This document shows positions 17,176 to 26,305 of a stretch of DNA of 64,000 bases, piece by piece. Position 1 is the stretch's first letter; each line of letters begins with the position of its first letter. Source of the stretch: a virus. The notes under the pieces were generated by a model that was not told the DNA's origin, made no database searches, and saw only the letters and a program-made list of their open reading frames with translations. A program made the position numbers and the translations under genes. Location: IMG/VR virus record IMGVR_UViG_3300037423_001503, one strand, 5' to 3'.

Positions 17176-17502
17176 ATGATCACCCTCAGCGAGCTATCCA
17201 GCGCCGCGCGCGCCAACGACCACCTCGCCGCCGCGGGCGTGCCGCTGGACGAGATCCTCATTGACTTGAATCTTGAGCCAAGCTCATTGATCCGCGCTGC
17301 TGAGCAAAGGGCGCTGCGGGTCGCGCTGCTCCACGACGGCTGGTCAGAGCTTGAGATCGACGCCCTTGGCGGGCTGATCCAGCCCCGGACGGTGCGCGTC
17401 GAGGAAGCGACGAACTTCTGGATGCCCACGTTCACCGCGTTGGTCATCGACGGCGCGGCCATGATTCGCCGGGCCGAGCGCGAGTTCTCCTCTCGCGCCT
17501 AA
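17176..17502 (+). CDS. Hypothetical protein
   Basis: ATG at 17176, coding-like composition. Confidence 0.7.
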   Translation: MITLSELSSAARANDHLAAAGVPLDEILIDLNLEPSSLIRAAEQRALRVALLHDGWSELEIDALGGLIQPRTVRVEEATNFWMPTFTALVIDGAAMIRRAEREFSSRA

Positions 17503-17635
17503 ACCTCCCTATTTGCGGCCCTCGCTGCTCCTTAGTTGGCGCGTTCGCGCTCCACTAGCAGCGTCTCCTAGGCCACAAGAATCCCTCTCTGTGCAGGAAC
17601 TTTCTACCCGAATGGGTAGTTCGGGGACGAAGCGT

Positions 17636-17663
17636 TTGACATCCCCAGTTTTGGGGGTATATT
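17636..17663 (+). promoter_or_regulatory. SigA-type promoter for the DGQHR gene
   Basis: TTGACA-N16-TATATT; CCCCA/TGGGG inverted repeat in the spacer. Confidence 0.6.
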
Positions 17664-17876
17664 TGTCCATGTCAGAACGACCCCCGACGGAAGCCAAGAC
17701 GGCGGAATCGAGGGACATCAGGACCAATCGGACCTAAGTCTCAACCGCGAGCAGTCCGCCCGATCCACAGGGGCACACCAAGAGGTGTCGTTCGGGCGAA
17801 CTGCTCGTGTTTCGCTAGGGGGCGAACCGGGCAGGAAACCTATCATCTATCTACACCAGAAGGAGGTTTCCCCCTT

Positions 17877-19193
17877 ATGTCCACTCAGACCAACACCGAG
17901 ACGCGTCGCGGACAGGTCACGCTCGTCGCCATGGAGAGCGCGAACATCGACACGACGTGCTACCGGGGATCGGCACCGCTGAGCGCGCTGTCGGCGATCT
18001 CGCAGGCCGACGTGTTCGACCAGGTCAAGAACCCGGGCGGCCTTCAGCGCGACCTGTCGCCCAAGCACGCCGCCGACGCCTACAACTACGCGAGCCGCGA
18101 GCCGAACCCGGAGTTCCCGCGCGCGTTCCCCGAGGTGATGCTCAACGTGCGCGACGAGGACGTCGTGTCCGTCGAGACCATCAACACGGGACGCCAGCGC
18201 CAGGTCAAGGTCATCAAGTTCGACTTCGACCTCAGCGCCATCGACGACGCCGTGAAGGCCGGGAAGATCGCCGTCTCCCGCATGGACGGCAACCACCGTC
18301 TGTGGTTCGGTGACGGCGACGACAAGAACCGGCAGTCCGTCGACACGCTCGTGCCGTTCCAGATCCACGTCGGGCTGACGCCGGAGCAGGAGGCCAACCT
18401 CTTCACCGACGTCAACGCCAACCAGAAGGGCCTCAACTCCAGCCACCTCCACGTCCTGCGCTCGCGCCTGACGCCGGAGGAGCAGGAGCTTCGCGACCAC
18501 CCCGAGCGCGTGTTCGCGATGCGGCTCGCCGACGACGTGGAGTCGCCGTGGCACGAACTCGTCCACATGGGCGGCTCGAAGGCGGGCTCGCGGCAGGCCG
18601 GGCAGGACCGTCCGGTGGCGTTCGTGACGCTGGAGGCGGGGGTCAAGCGGACGCTCAACAAGTCCGTCTACATCCACGACCTGCCGAACCCGAACGCGCA
18701 GTACGTGCTGATCCGCAACTTCTGGAACGCCGTCAAGGCGGTGTTCGAGGAGGAGTGGACCAACCACAAGGACTACCTGCTGCTGCGCAACCTGGGCGTC
18801 CTGGCGTTCTCGATCTTCGGCGGCACGGTCATCGATCGCTCGATGGCGCGCGGCGAGGTCACGGTCGAGGCGATGCAGGCCTACATCGAGCAGGCCAAGG
18901 ACGTCTTCGACTGGGCGAAGTCCGCGACCGGTGAGCGCTCGCTGGCCGGCATGTCGGGCAACCGGGCGGCGCTGATCGTGTCCGGCGAACTCGCCAAGGA
19001 TCTCGTCGACCCGGGCGAGTCGGCGGTCATGAAGTCGATCCAGGAGCGGCTGCTCGCCGACGCGGGCTCGATCCCAGACGAGGTCCCCTCGGAGTGGGAG
19101 CGGCGCCCGGAGGTCTCGGAACTGGTCGCCGCCGGGGTTCGGCCCAGCGTGGGTGACCTTGAGGGCGACGGTCAGTCGCCTGACACCGAGTAG
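17877..19193 (+). CDS. DGQHR-domain (DndB/DpdB-like, ParB/Srx-fold) protein
   Basis: GLQR.L...H...Y, FP.VMLN, MDGNHRL (a DGQHR variant), EANLFTDVN..QK; AAGGAGG RBS. Confidence 0.8.
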   Translation: MSTQTNTETRRGQVTLVAMESANIDTTCYRGSAPLSALSAISQADVFDQVKNPGGLQRDLSPKHAADAYNYASREPNPEFPRAFPEVMLNVRDEDVVSVETINTGRQRQVKVIKFDFDLSAIDDAVKAGKIAVSRMDGNHRLWFGDGDDKNRQSVDTLVPFQIHVGLTPEQEANLFTDVNANQKGLNSSHLHVLRSRLTPEEQELRDHPERVFAMRLADDVESPWHELVHMGGSKAGSRQAGQDRPVAFVTLEAGVKRTLNKSVYIHDLPNPNAQYVLIRNFWNAVKAVFEEEWTNHKDYLLLRNLGVLAFSIFGGTVIDRSMARGEVTVEAMQAYIEQAKDVFDWAKSATGERSLAGMSGNRAALIVSGELAKDLVDPGESAVMKSIQERLLADAGSIPDEVPSEWERRPEVSELVAAGVRPSVGDLEGDGQSPDTE

Positions 19194-19235
19194 CCCGGCG
19201 CTGTCAGCGTAGGCGAAAACACGCAAATAGCGAGG

Positions 19236-19263
19236 AAGGGCGGCTTGCGGGCCGCCCTTTCTG
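19236..19263 (+). terminator. Intrinsic terminator
   Basis: AAGGGCGGC-TTGCGG-GCCGCCCTT followed by TCT. Confidence 0.75.
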
Positions 19264-19308
19264 TCAGTAAGGTCTCCGGTGTAACCAGATCCCACGGAAA
19301 GGGACCCG

Positions 19309-19476
19309 TTGTTCACCAAGACCCATGATGCGCTGCTGCCGGGCCTGTCGGCATTGGACCAGCGCTCCATCATGATGGCCGCGTTCCTGGCCCACGAGGG
19401 CCGCCTCGACGAGGCAGAGGCGACGCGATGGGCCGCAAAGTACGACCTCGGTCGTCAGGAGGCCGACCCGAGGTAG
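19309..19476 (+). CDS. Hypothetical protein
   Basis: GGAAAGGGA RBS, TTG start. Confidence 0.55.
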   Translation: MFTKTHDALLPGLSALDQRSIMMAAFLAHEGRLDEAEATRWAAKYDLGRQEADPR

Positions 19477-19716
19477 CCCGATAGCGGGCAGGGGAGATCA
19501 CCGCTATGTGTCCGCTCAGTGCGGTTGAGCGGACACTAGCGCTCAGAGGTAAGGGGGCCTCAGTGCCGCCCACATGTGTGGCTTACTGGCTGGCAGGTAC
19601 GTTCATGATGGAGTCCAGTGAGGGCTTCGACGACGAGCATGTGCGCGCTCTGCTCGCTGCGGGAGCGCGCGACCTAGAGGTGCGCGTCGAAGACGGCTGG
19701 CAGCCAATTGAAGCCC

Positions 19717-19745
19717 TTGACATCGCGCGCGCTGTGCAATAGAGT
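19717..19745 (+). promoter_or_regulatory. SigA-type promoter
   Basis: TTGACA-N17-TAGAGT. Confidence 0.7.
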
Positions 19746-19791
19746 CGTCATCGTTCCAGTCGTTCCCCACTCCAAAGGAGGTCCGGACAAT

Positions 19792-20004
19792 ATGTCGCAT
19801 ATCGCAAACCACAGGTACGTCGTGCAGGGTCGTCGCGACTCCGACGGCCGCGTGTGGCCAATCCATGCCACCGACGAGCTTTCCGACGCCCAGCGCGTTC
19901 TCGCTGTCGGACGCGACATCGACGGCCAGCACTGGTCGGGCGCTCGCATCTTCGACCGGCGCGACGCCATCATGCCGCAGCACGGCTGGGGGTCGCTGGC
20001 ATGA
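19792..20004 (+). CDS. Hypothetical protein
   Basis: AAAGGAGG RBS. Confidence 0.75.
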   Translation: MSHIANHRYVVQGRRDSDGRVWPIHATDELSDAQRVLAVGRDIDGQHWSGARIFDRRDAIMPQHGWGSLA

Positions 20005-20645
20005 GCCCCTCGTTCCCCAACCACTCTCACTTCGAAGACCCCGGCGCGAAAGACGCGAAGCCGGCTTCGAAGTCCCAGACCCGCGCGATCTTCTTCGCCT
20101 CCGGGCTCGACGCGCGGCCACTTGGCCTGACCTACGCGGAGGCCTCGGACTTCCTCGATCGCCTCAAGGCCTCAGAGGCCGCCGAGGCCGCGATCACCGA
20201 GCTTCAGGAGCGTGGCGCTACCGGCTCTCCCAAGGTCCCGAAGGCGGTCCGCGATGCCCGCCACGCGGCGCTGTTCGAGCGCGCCTGGGCTGCTGGCGTA
20301 GCTGCCGCTCAGGCCCACACACCGGTTCCGATGACAGTGGTCGAATACGCCAACCCACTTGCCGACATCCTGGGCGGCGATCCCGGCGAGGTGGTGCGTC
20401 AGTACGAGCCCGTCGCCGACGGTGCCTGCGGCTTCGCCTGGGTCACCATCCATCCTGGCAACTCTTCGTTCGCCCGATGGCTGACCGCCAACAACCGCGC
20501 GCGCCCGCACTACCGGGGCGGCGTTCAGGTCTGGATCAGCGACTACAACCAGTCCTACGAGCGCAAGTCCGAACACGCACGCGCGATGGCGGCGGCGTTG
20601 CGCGAAGAGGGCGTGCAGGCCTACTCCGGCGGGCGGCTCGACTGA
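20001..20645 (+). CDS. Conserved phage protein of unknown function
   Basis: GACGFAWV...QSYERK..HA.AMA..L...GV.AY..GRLD signature. Confidence 0.8.
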   Translation: MSPSFPNHSHFEDPGAKDAKPASKSQTRAIFFASGLDARPLGLTYAEASDFLDRLKASEAAEAAITELQERGATGSPKVPKAVRDARHAALFERAWAAGVAAAQAHTPVPMTVVEYANPLADILGGDPGEVVRQYEPVADGACGFAWVTIHPGNSSFARWLTANNRARPHYRGGVQVWISDYNQSYERKSEHARAMAAALREEGVQAYSGGRLD

Positions 20646-20911
20646 TGCCTCCCATGCTATACAACAAGTCAACCGGCACCTACATCCCGACCGCTGAGTT
20701 CGAACTGTACCTGGATGGCGAACTCATCAAGACCGCCGTAGCGACGTGTCGCCGCGACGCTGGCGAAATCTTCGACCTGGAGGTCGAGGACTACAACACG
20801 CTCCGCGTCGACCCGAGTCGCTACGAGGTCAAGGTCCGTGAGCACAGGTGCTGGCCCGGAGCGATGGCCTACATCTGCTGCTTCTGCCAAGCCAAGATCG
20901 AGAACGACTGA
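20645..20911 (+). CDS. Hypothetical protein
   Basis: TGATG coupling. Confidence 0.7.
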   Translation: MPPMLYNKSTGTYIPTAEFELYLDGELIKTAVATCRRDAGEIFDLEVEDYNTLRVDPSRYEVKVREHRCWPGAMAYICCFCQAKIEND

Positions 20912-21183
20912 TGAGCGTCTACCGCGACACGTTGGCCGCCCTCGTCGCGTTGCCCTCAAACGGCCACGGCATTCGAGCCGTCGATGTGGCCTATCTGGTC
21001 GGTCACCGCAGCGACGAGGCCGCCGTCTTCAGGTATCTCAAGACCCTTGAGATCAATGGCTATGCGCTGCGGACGAGGCACTACGAGACGCTTTGGGAGC
21101 CGGATCTAAATGAGCCCGCCGACTGGTCCTTCGAGCCTACCGTGGCCGGCCGCTACGCGATCCTAGCCGGGAAGGATCTCTGA
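20911..21183 (+). CDS. Winged-HTH-like protein
   Basis: AVDVAYLVG...VFRYLKTLEINGY...PTVAGR. Confidence 0.55.
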   Translation: MSVYRDTLAALVALPSNGHGIRAVDVAYLVGHRSDEAAVFRYLKTLEINGYALRTRHYETLWEPDLNEPADWSFEPTVAGRYAILAGKDL

Positions 21184-21390
21184 GTGTTCATCATCCGTCT
21201 CAATCTCGGCAACGCAGCCATGCGGACCCCGGGCGACGTCGCCAACGCGCTGCGACGCACCGCCGACAGTCTCGACCGCATGGACCGCTACACGATGGGC
21301 CGACAGACCGACGGCCTCATCAAGGACATCAACGGCAACACCGTCGGTAGCTGGGGCGTTCGCGCCTGGCCCGACGAGGAGGACATGTAG
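21184..21390 (+). CDS. Conserved small phage protein
   Basis: NAAM...I.DINGNTVG signature. Confidence 0.75.
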   Translation: MFIIRLNLGNAAMRTPGDVANALRRTADSLDRMDRYTMGRQTDGLIKDINGNTVGSWGVRAWPDEEDM

Positions 21391-21690
21391 ATGCCGCTCA
21401 CACTGGCTGACCCGCCGCCGATCGAGGAACTCGATCACATCATCGTCACTGCCAACCGTTCCGTCGCCTACAGCGGCTACGACCCCAACAAGGCCTGGAT
21501 TCTGTTGACCTACATCAACGGAACCGGCTGGGCCATGTGGGGCTCAGAGCCCAACGAGCAGGTGGCGCGGAAGACGGCCTTCGAGCGCACCCGCAGGACC
21601 GGTTACCGGTACGCGGTGATCGCGTACTCGGAGATCGTGGCACGCGATCGTGCGCTGAGGACTCAGGCGAAGCAGAGGAGCGCGAGATGA
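21391..21690 (+). CDS. Hypothetical protein
   Basis: GGAGG RBS. Confidence 0.7.
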   Translation: MPLTLADPPPIEELDHIIVTANRSVAYSGYDPNKAWILLTYINGTGWAMWGSEPNEQVARKTAFERTRRTGYRYAVIAYSEIVARDRALRTQAKQRSAR

Positions 21691-21923
21691 GGTACAAGAC
21701 GCGCCTGCTTTGGGAGGAGGACGTCTCCTCGGTCCACACGTTCGAGATTCATGACGACTTCGCAACCGACGAACTCGCCGCTGAGGTTGCACACATGATC
21801 TGCATGTACGAGGAGGCCAACAAGGTCGACTATGTGCGGCGCGATGTCGCCTCGGGCAGCGTGTATCCCATCAGTGGCGCGCTTCGCGTGACCTACAACG
21901 GTTCGATCCTGGGAGAACTCTGA
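21687..21923 (+). CDS. Hypothetical protein
   Basis: GAGGAG RBS, ATGA overlap. Confidence 0.7.
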   Translation: MRYKTRLLWEEDVSSVHTFEIHDDFATDELAAEVAHMICMYEEANKVDYVRRDVASGSVYPISGALRVTYNGSILGEL

Positions 21924-22162
21924 TGCGCTACATAGCCAAGCTGTACTTCGATGACGGCTCGGATACCGACGTCGAGGTCGACATCGACACCAACGAGACC
22001 GACAACCCGCGCATGCTGGCCCAGTACGCGGCCGAGGCGTACGCGGAGACCATCAAGGCGACTGTCGATCGCGTCTGGCGAGACGAGGCGCACCTCTTCG
22101 TCTCCGGCGGCATGTGGTATGAGCGCGGGGTCAACGGCTACGACGAGAGAGGATCGGTCTGA
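21923..22162 (+). CDS. Hypothetical protein
   Basis: TGATG coupling. Confidence 0.75.
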   Translation: MRYIAKLYFDDGSDTDVEVDIDTNETDNPRMLAQYAAEAYAETIKATVDRVWRDEAHLFVSGGMWYERGVNGYDERGSV

Positions 22163-22446
22163 TGGACACCGCGATCAGGGCGTTGCGTCAGATGGGGCGC
22201 CTGGAGATTCACTCCATCGGTCGACCGTCGCCCTACCTGGCCGGTCGATCCGGCACAGGAGTCAAGGTCCACGCTGTGGCCCCCGGGTCGGTTGTCCGTG
22301 ACCCGGAGACGTTCGAGCGCGTCGGCACCTCGCTGTGCAGCGAACGCGTCACGGCGTCGGCGCTCGAACACTTCGACCCGCAGGCCCGCGACGCGTGTCA
22401 GCGCTGCTCAGACAGTGTGCGCCGGCTTCGCGGTCCGGCAGCGTAA
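22162..22446 (+). CDS. Hypothetical protein (His/Cys Zn-binding-like)
   Basis: VHA...SLC...CQRC. Confidence 0.7.
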   Translation: MDTAIRALRQMGRLEIHSIGRPSPYLAGRSGTGVKVHAVAPGSVVRDPETFERVGTSLCSERVTASALEHFDPQARDACQRCSDSVRRLRGPAA

Positions 22447-22469
22447 TCACTCAGAGAAAGGAACCAATC

Positions 22470-22670
22470 ATGAGCTTCAAAGTAGAGGTGATCGCAGACA
22501 ACTCCGGTAAGTGGTACAGCAACTCCGTCCGCTTCGCCACCGCGCCGGAGGCAGAGGCTGCGGGTCACGACTTGGCCGGACGCTGGACGCTCGTCCAGGA
22601 GTGGCGTGTCGCCGAGTCCGACGAGCCCGTCAACTACATTTGGCGGGCCGGCCAGGCGGTGCCGGTCTGA
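22470..22670 (+). CDS. Conserved small phage protein
   Basis: SFKVEVIAD.SGKW..N..RFAT..EA...DL..RW. Confidence 0.8.
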   Translation: MSFKVEVIADNSGKWYSNSVRFATAPEAEAAGHDLAGRWTLVQEWRVAESDEPVNYIWRAGQAVPV

Positions 22671-22891
22671 TGTTCTACGCAAAGACACTCAGAGGCCGCG
22701 CCTGGGCTGACTCGGTTCCGGCACGTACCAAGACGTCAGCGCCTGTCGGTGGCGCGCCCGCACGCGTCTTGATCGGCATCGAGGACGACGGCAGCATCGT
22801 TACGGCGGTGATGGATGTCGCGGAGGCCGTGGATCTCTATCGCGGGCTCGGCGTCGCGATCCGTGACGCAGGTGGCGAGGTGCCGGTCTGA
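22670..22891 (+). CDS. Hypothetical protein
   Basis: TGATG coupling. Confidence 0.7.
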   Translation: MFYAKTLRGRAWADSVPARTKTSAPVGGAPARVLIGIEDDGSIVTAVMDVAEAVDLYRGLGVAIRDAGGEVPV

Positions 22892-23157
22892 TGAGGGAGG
22901 TTCGATACGAGACCGCACAGAGTGATCGATCGGTGACGATCAAACGCATCAAGGTCGGCGAGGTCAATCCGTTCTCCAAGACCGGTGCTTGCTACGCCGA
23001 CATCGTTGATGAGCTTATGCTCGAAGAAGACCCCAGCGGCTCGTTCACCATCTACATGGATCACTCAGCCGGCGATCCCGACAGCAATCGGTGGAGCGAG
23101 ATAACCATTCGACGTGAGGACGCACTCACGATCTTCGAGTGGCTCGGGTCAAAGTAA
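22891..23157 (+). CDS. Hypothetical protein
   Basis: TGATG coupling. Confidence 0.7.
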   Translation: MREVRYETAQSDRSVTIKRIKVGEVNPFSKTGACYADIVDELMLEEDPSGSFTIYMDHSAGDPDSNRWSEITIRREDALTIFEWLGSK

Positions 23158-23170
23158 AAGGAGCACCATC

Positions 23171-23497
23171 GTGACCGTTCACCACTTCACGTTCCAGCGC
23201 AAGGCCCATGGCGACGACGTCATCGAGATCGGCAAGGTGCTCGATCGCCTCGCCCAAGAAGGCAAAGAGGTCGTGACAGTGTCGCACTCCGTGCGCACTA
23301 TCACCTCCTTCGATCATACCTATACGTATGTGGACGTCGTCGTTGTTACGCGCGAGTCCGGTAGCACGTATGAGCGCGGCCTCATCAACCGCATGGAGGA
23401 CTGGCTCGGCGTCCACGAGGGCTATATCGACGAACATGAGGACGAATATCGCGCGCTTCAGCGAGAGGTGCGCGCCTACCTGAGAGGAGAACAATGA
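23171..23497 (+). CDS. Hypothetical protein
   Basis: AAGGAG RBS, GTG start. Confidence 0.75.
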   Translation: MTVHHFTFQRKAHGDDVIEIGKVLDRLAQEGKEVVTVSHSVRTITSFDHTYTYVDVVVVTRESGSTYERGLINRMEDWLGVHEGYIDEHEDEYRALQREVRAYLRGEQ

Positions 23498-23805
23498 GCC
23501 CGGCCATCACACCCGACGAGGCCTTCTCGAAGGCCGCCGAAGGCCAACACATACCCAACGAAGTCTTCGAAGTCTTCAACGAATTGATCGTCAAGAACCT
23601 CCGAGATGGTAAGGCGCGTATCCAGCAGGATGAGGCGGTCACGATGATTGAGGCGCGTATGACCGTGCAGCGGCAAGACATCTACGGCAACCGGTGGCTC
23701 GACGTAGAGGACGCCTACCGCGCCCAGGGCTGGGCCGTCGATTACGACAAGCCCGCCTACAACGAGACACACTCAGCAACCTTCACCTTCAGGAGATCCA
23801 CGTGA
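23494..23805 (+). CDS. Conserved phage protein
   Basis: WLDVE..YR..GW.V.YDKPAYNE. Confidence 0.8.
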   Translation: MSPAITPDEAFSKAAEGQHIPNEVFEVFNELIVKNLRDGKARIQQDEAVTMIEARMTVQRQDIYGNRWLDVEDAYRAQGWAVDYDKPAYNETHSATFTFRRST

Positions 23806-24029
23806 CCGACATCCTCGCTGAGCGCGAGCTATCCCTGCGGCGGCATCTGAAGACCATCAATCCGACCTGGGCCGCCTACTACGTCGGTGTCGCCGAGGAG
23901 GCCATCGCCGCCGCCGAGGCCGGCGAGGACGAATTCAAGATTGCCCTGCCGGGCGGTCGGTCGGTCACAGCCGAGAACGTGATCTCCGCGTTCTCGCTCA
24001 GCGGTTTCGTCGGAGGCGATGATGACTAG
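23802..24029 (+). CDS. Hypothetical protein
   Basis: AGGAG RBS, GTGA overlap. Confidence 0.7.
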   Translation: MTDILAERELSLRRHLKTINPTWAAYYVGVAEEAIAAAEAGEDEFKIALPGGRSVTAENVISAFSLSGFVGGDDD

Positions 24030-24213
24030 CACGGTCTACGTCGGCGACCGCGTCTGGGCTGAATACCTAGACATCGGTATGTCACACCGTGAGATCCACG
24101 CAGGCTACGCGACCGTCACGGCGGTTCATCCGACGCCGCGCGTGCTCCCCGACGGGGCGAGCCACGACCTGTCGGTGCCGTGGATCGGTATCAAGCACAA
24201 GGTCGATGGATGA
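24019..24213 (+). CDS. Hypothetical protein
   Basis: GGAGG RBS. Confidence 0.65.
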   Translation: MMTSTVYVGDRVWAEYLDIGMSHREIHAGYATVTAVHPTPRVLPDGASHDLSVPWIGIKHKVDG

Positions 24214-24467
24214 CCGGCGTACGAAAGCACTGGATCGCATGGGCACCGATCGGTGTCAGCGATTGGGAATCGCCGGCCCTGATCTTCGACTACGAAGGTG
24301 CGGCCGATCGATATCGCGCACTTGGCTGGACCGTTGAGGGGCCATTCGAGCCCGCGCGGAAGGCCGTCCAACTCAGCGACATCGTCGGCTACATCGCCAC
24401 GCTGAACGACTTCTACAACTGGAACCGGTGGATCATCGACCGCCTTGAGGAGCGCTTCGGTGAGTAA
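24210..24467 (+). CDS. Hypothetical protein
   Basis: ATGA overlap. Confidence 0.7.
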   Translation: MTGVRKHWIAWAPIGVSDWESPALIFDYEGAADRYRALGWTVEGPFEPARKAVQLSDIVGYIATLNDFYNWNRWIIDRLEERFGE

Positions 24468-24702
24468 CGGGGAAGCTATCCAGATCATCGACGAGATGAT
24501 CGCCGAAGTCCTGGAACGCAAGCGGCGTTTCTCGAAGCCGATCCTCGGTGGCGCTCGGCAAGTGCCGTTCGACGGTGAGGTGCTCGGACTGTTCATTCGA
24601 TACGGAGTCCTCGAAGATGCACGTGCTCGCCTGACCGGCCAGGAACTCGACCACCAGGCTTCAATCGAGCGCTTCCACTCAGGAGCAGCGATCAATGCGT
24701 GA
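24460..24702 (+). CDS. Hypothetical protein
   Basis: GAGGAG RBS. Confidence 0.65.
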   Translation: MSNGEAIQIIDEMIAEVLERKRRFSKPILGGARQVPFDGEVLGLFIRYGVLEDARARLTGQELDHQASIERFHSGAAINA

Positions 24703-24994
24703 TCTGCTGCGGTTCCCGCTTGATCTCTATGTGTGCCCTGAGTGCCAGACGGTCGATCAGGACCAATACTTCACAGGCGGGCACGACTTCGCCGCCAACC
24801 CCAGGTGTCACCGCAACCAGCGGGTCCCGGTCCGTGTCATCGCCTTCGATACCGCTGTGTGGGTGCTGACGACAGCACTCGTCGGCGCTGGCATACCGCG
24901 GCAGCGTGCAGAGGTCACAGCGATCGAGCTACTCAACGACGCTGAGCGCATCGCCGACGTCACAGCCCAACCATATACAGAGGAGGAGCTATGA
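24695..24994 (+). CDS. Hypothetical protein with CxxC
   Basis: AGGAG RBS; CPEC. Confidence 0.7.
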   Translation: MRDLLRFPLDLYVCPECQTVDQDQYFTGGHDFAANPRCHRNQRVPVRVIAFDTAVWVLTTALVGAGIPRQRAEVTAIELLNDAERIADVTAQPYTEEEL

Positions 24995-25515
24995 AGGTCT
25001 ACGCCGCCTATGTCTACAACGATGCAAGCCCGCCGCGCTTCGTGGGCATGTACTCAACCTACGCAAAGGCCTTGCTTGCGTCGAGCCCGCGCATCGACGA
25101 CATGGTCAAGGAGTTCGAGATCGAGCCCGACGATCGCTCATTCCCAGCGATCTCTGGGACCATCACGGCGTGCGAGAACTGCAACGTCGTCCTCGCCCGC
25201 GACGGCGAAGTTGTCGCACAGCGACCCAGCACCGTATGCTCGCATCTCAACGCCGGGACCTACGTCAATCTCAACTCTGTCGTCGATGCTGTCATGGACG
25301 CGCAGGCAGAGTTGCAGACGCCGTTGGGGTTCTACCGCATGTATGACCCTAAGTACGAGCACGCGCTACCAATCGAGTACGACGATCACATCGAGGATCG
25401 CCTAGCGAAGACGCTCGCTCGTCTGCACGCGCTGCTCGCCGCCCTCGGGACGCCGATGTATCGGCCGGCGCAGCACGATGAGGTCGAGGCGATCGACCTA
25501 AAGGCAACGCCGTGA
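24991..25515 (+). CDS. Hypothetical protein
   Basis: GAGGAGGAG RBS. Confidence 0.75.
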   Translation: MKVYAAYVYNDASPPRFVGMYSTYAKALLASSPRIDDMVKEFEIEPDDRSFPAISGTITACENCNVVLARDGEVVAQRPSTVCSHLNAGTYVNLNSVVDAVMDAQAELQTPLGFYRMYDPKYEHALPIEYDDHIEDRLAKTLARLHALLAALGTPMYRPAQHDEVEAIDLKATP

Positions 25516-25720
25516 AGGTCTACGTGGCCTTCCACAGAGGTGAGTTCTTTTCGGCCACGACGTGCCGCCGGGACCGAGTTCGTTCGTCGGTGTCTACGTG
25601 ACGCGCGAGGAGGCGCTACGACGATGCTGGCCTGAAGGCGACTCGCGCTTCGTCGAGGAGCGCGAGCTTGAGCCTGCTCACGAGGAAGAGCAGTCGTTAC
25701 CGCAATGGAACTTCCCTTGA
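25512..25720 (+). pseudogene. Frameshifted paralog of the N-terminus of 24991..25515
   Basis: VKVYVAF then, after a shift at TTCTTTTC, FVGVYVTREEAL...EERELEP; compare MKVYAAY...FVGMYSTYAKAL...EFEIEP. Confidence 0.55.
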
Positions 25721-25745
25721 CATCAAGCCGCGACTAGGCTAGGTT
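25717..25745 (+). promoter_or_regulatory. SigA-type promoter (leaderless)
   Basis: TTGACA-N17-TAGGTT-N6-ATG. Confidence 0.75.
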
Positions 25746-25751
25746 CATGGC

Positions 25752-25964
25752 ATGACGCCGGAGCGCGCCTTCCATCTGTTCGGAGACGTGCTCTCGAACC
25801 GTGACATCAGGATCTTCTCGCGCAGTGATCTCGCCCACGGACGTGTGTGGTTCGTCCACGCTACCGTCGGCGATGAGACGCGCGAGGTGTTCCAGACCAA
25901 CGATCCCCGCCTGGCGGCGCGCTGGCGCGAAACCTACACACGACTGGAAAGGAACGCTCAGTGA
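25752..25964 (+). CDS. Hypothetical protein
   Basis: Leaderless ATG. Confidence 0.7.
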   Translation: MTPERAFHLFGDVLSNRDIRIFSRSDLAHGRVWFVHATVGDETREVFQTNDPRLAARWRETYTRLERNAQ

Positions 25965-26305
25965 AGAAGAGAATCTTCAAATACTCGCTTGAGGTCGAGC
26001 CGCGCCAGATGCTTCATCTTCCGGCAGGCGCAGAGCTTCTCTCGGTGATCGCCGACGCCCTCGGACCGAAGCTGTACGCGCTCGTGGACCCAGAGGCGTC
26101 GGCCGAGCCGCGCATCCTACGCACAGTCGTTGCCGGCGAGGTCGTCGAAGGGGATGCGCTCGGCGCCTACATCGGAACCTACGTGGTCGGTGAGGGGCGC
26201 TTCATCGGCCATCTGTTCGAGCAGGCAGTCGGTGTCGGCGACGAACGCGATCGACGTTGGGACGCCGATATGGCTGACCTGCGGCGGGAGTTGGTGGCCT
26301 CGTGA
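25961..26305 (+). CDS. DUF7352-like protein
   Basis: IFKY.L...LPAGAELLSV...LYALVDP...YIGT...HLFE. Confidence 0.75.
   Translation: MKKRIFKYSLEVEPRQMLHLPAGAELLSVIADALGPKLYALVDPEASAEPRILRTVVAGEVVEGDALGAYIGTYVVGEGRFIGHLFEQAVGVGDERDRRWDADMADLRRELVAS

Noticed and set aside
17847-19373. 508-aa minus-strand ORF (and similar long antisense ORFs at 32847, 47981, 56151, 63365)
   Set aside because: These are shadow frames of high-GC3 plus-strand genes that carry clear family motifs.
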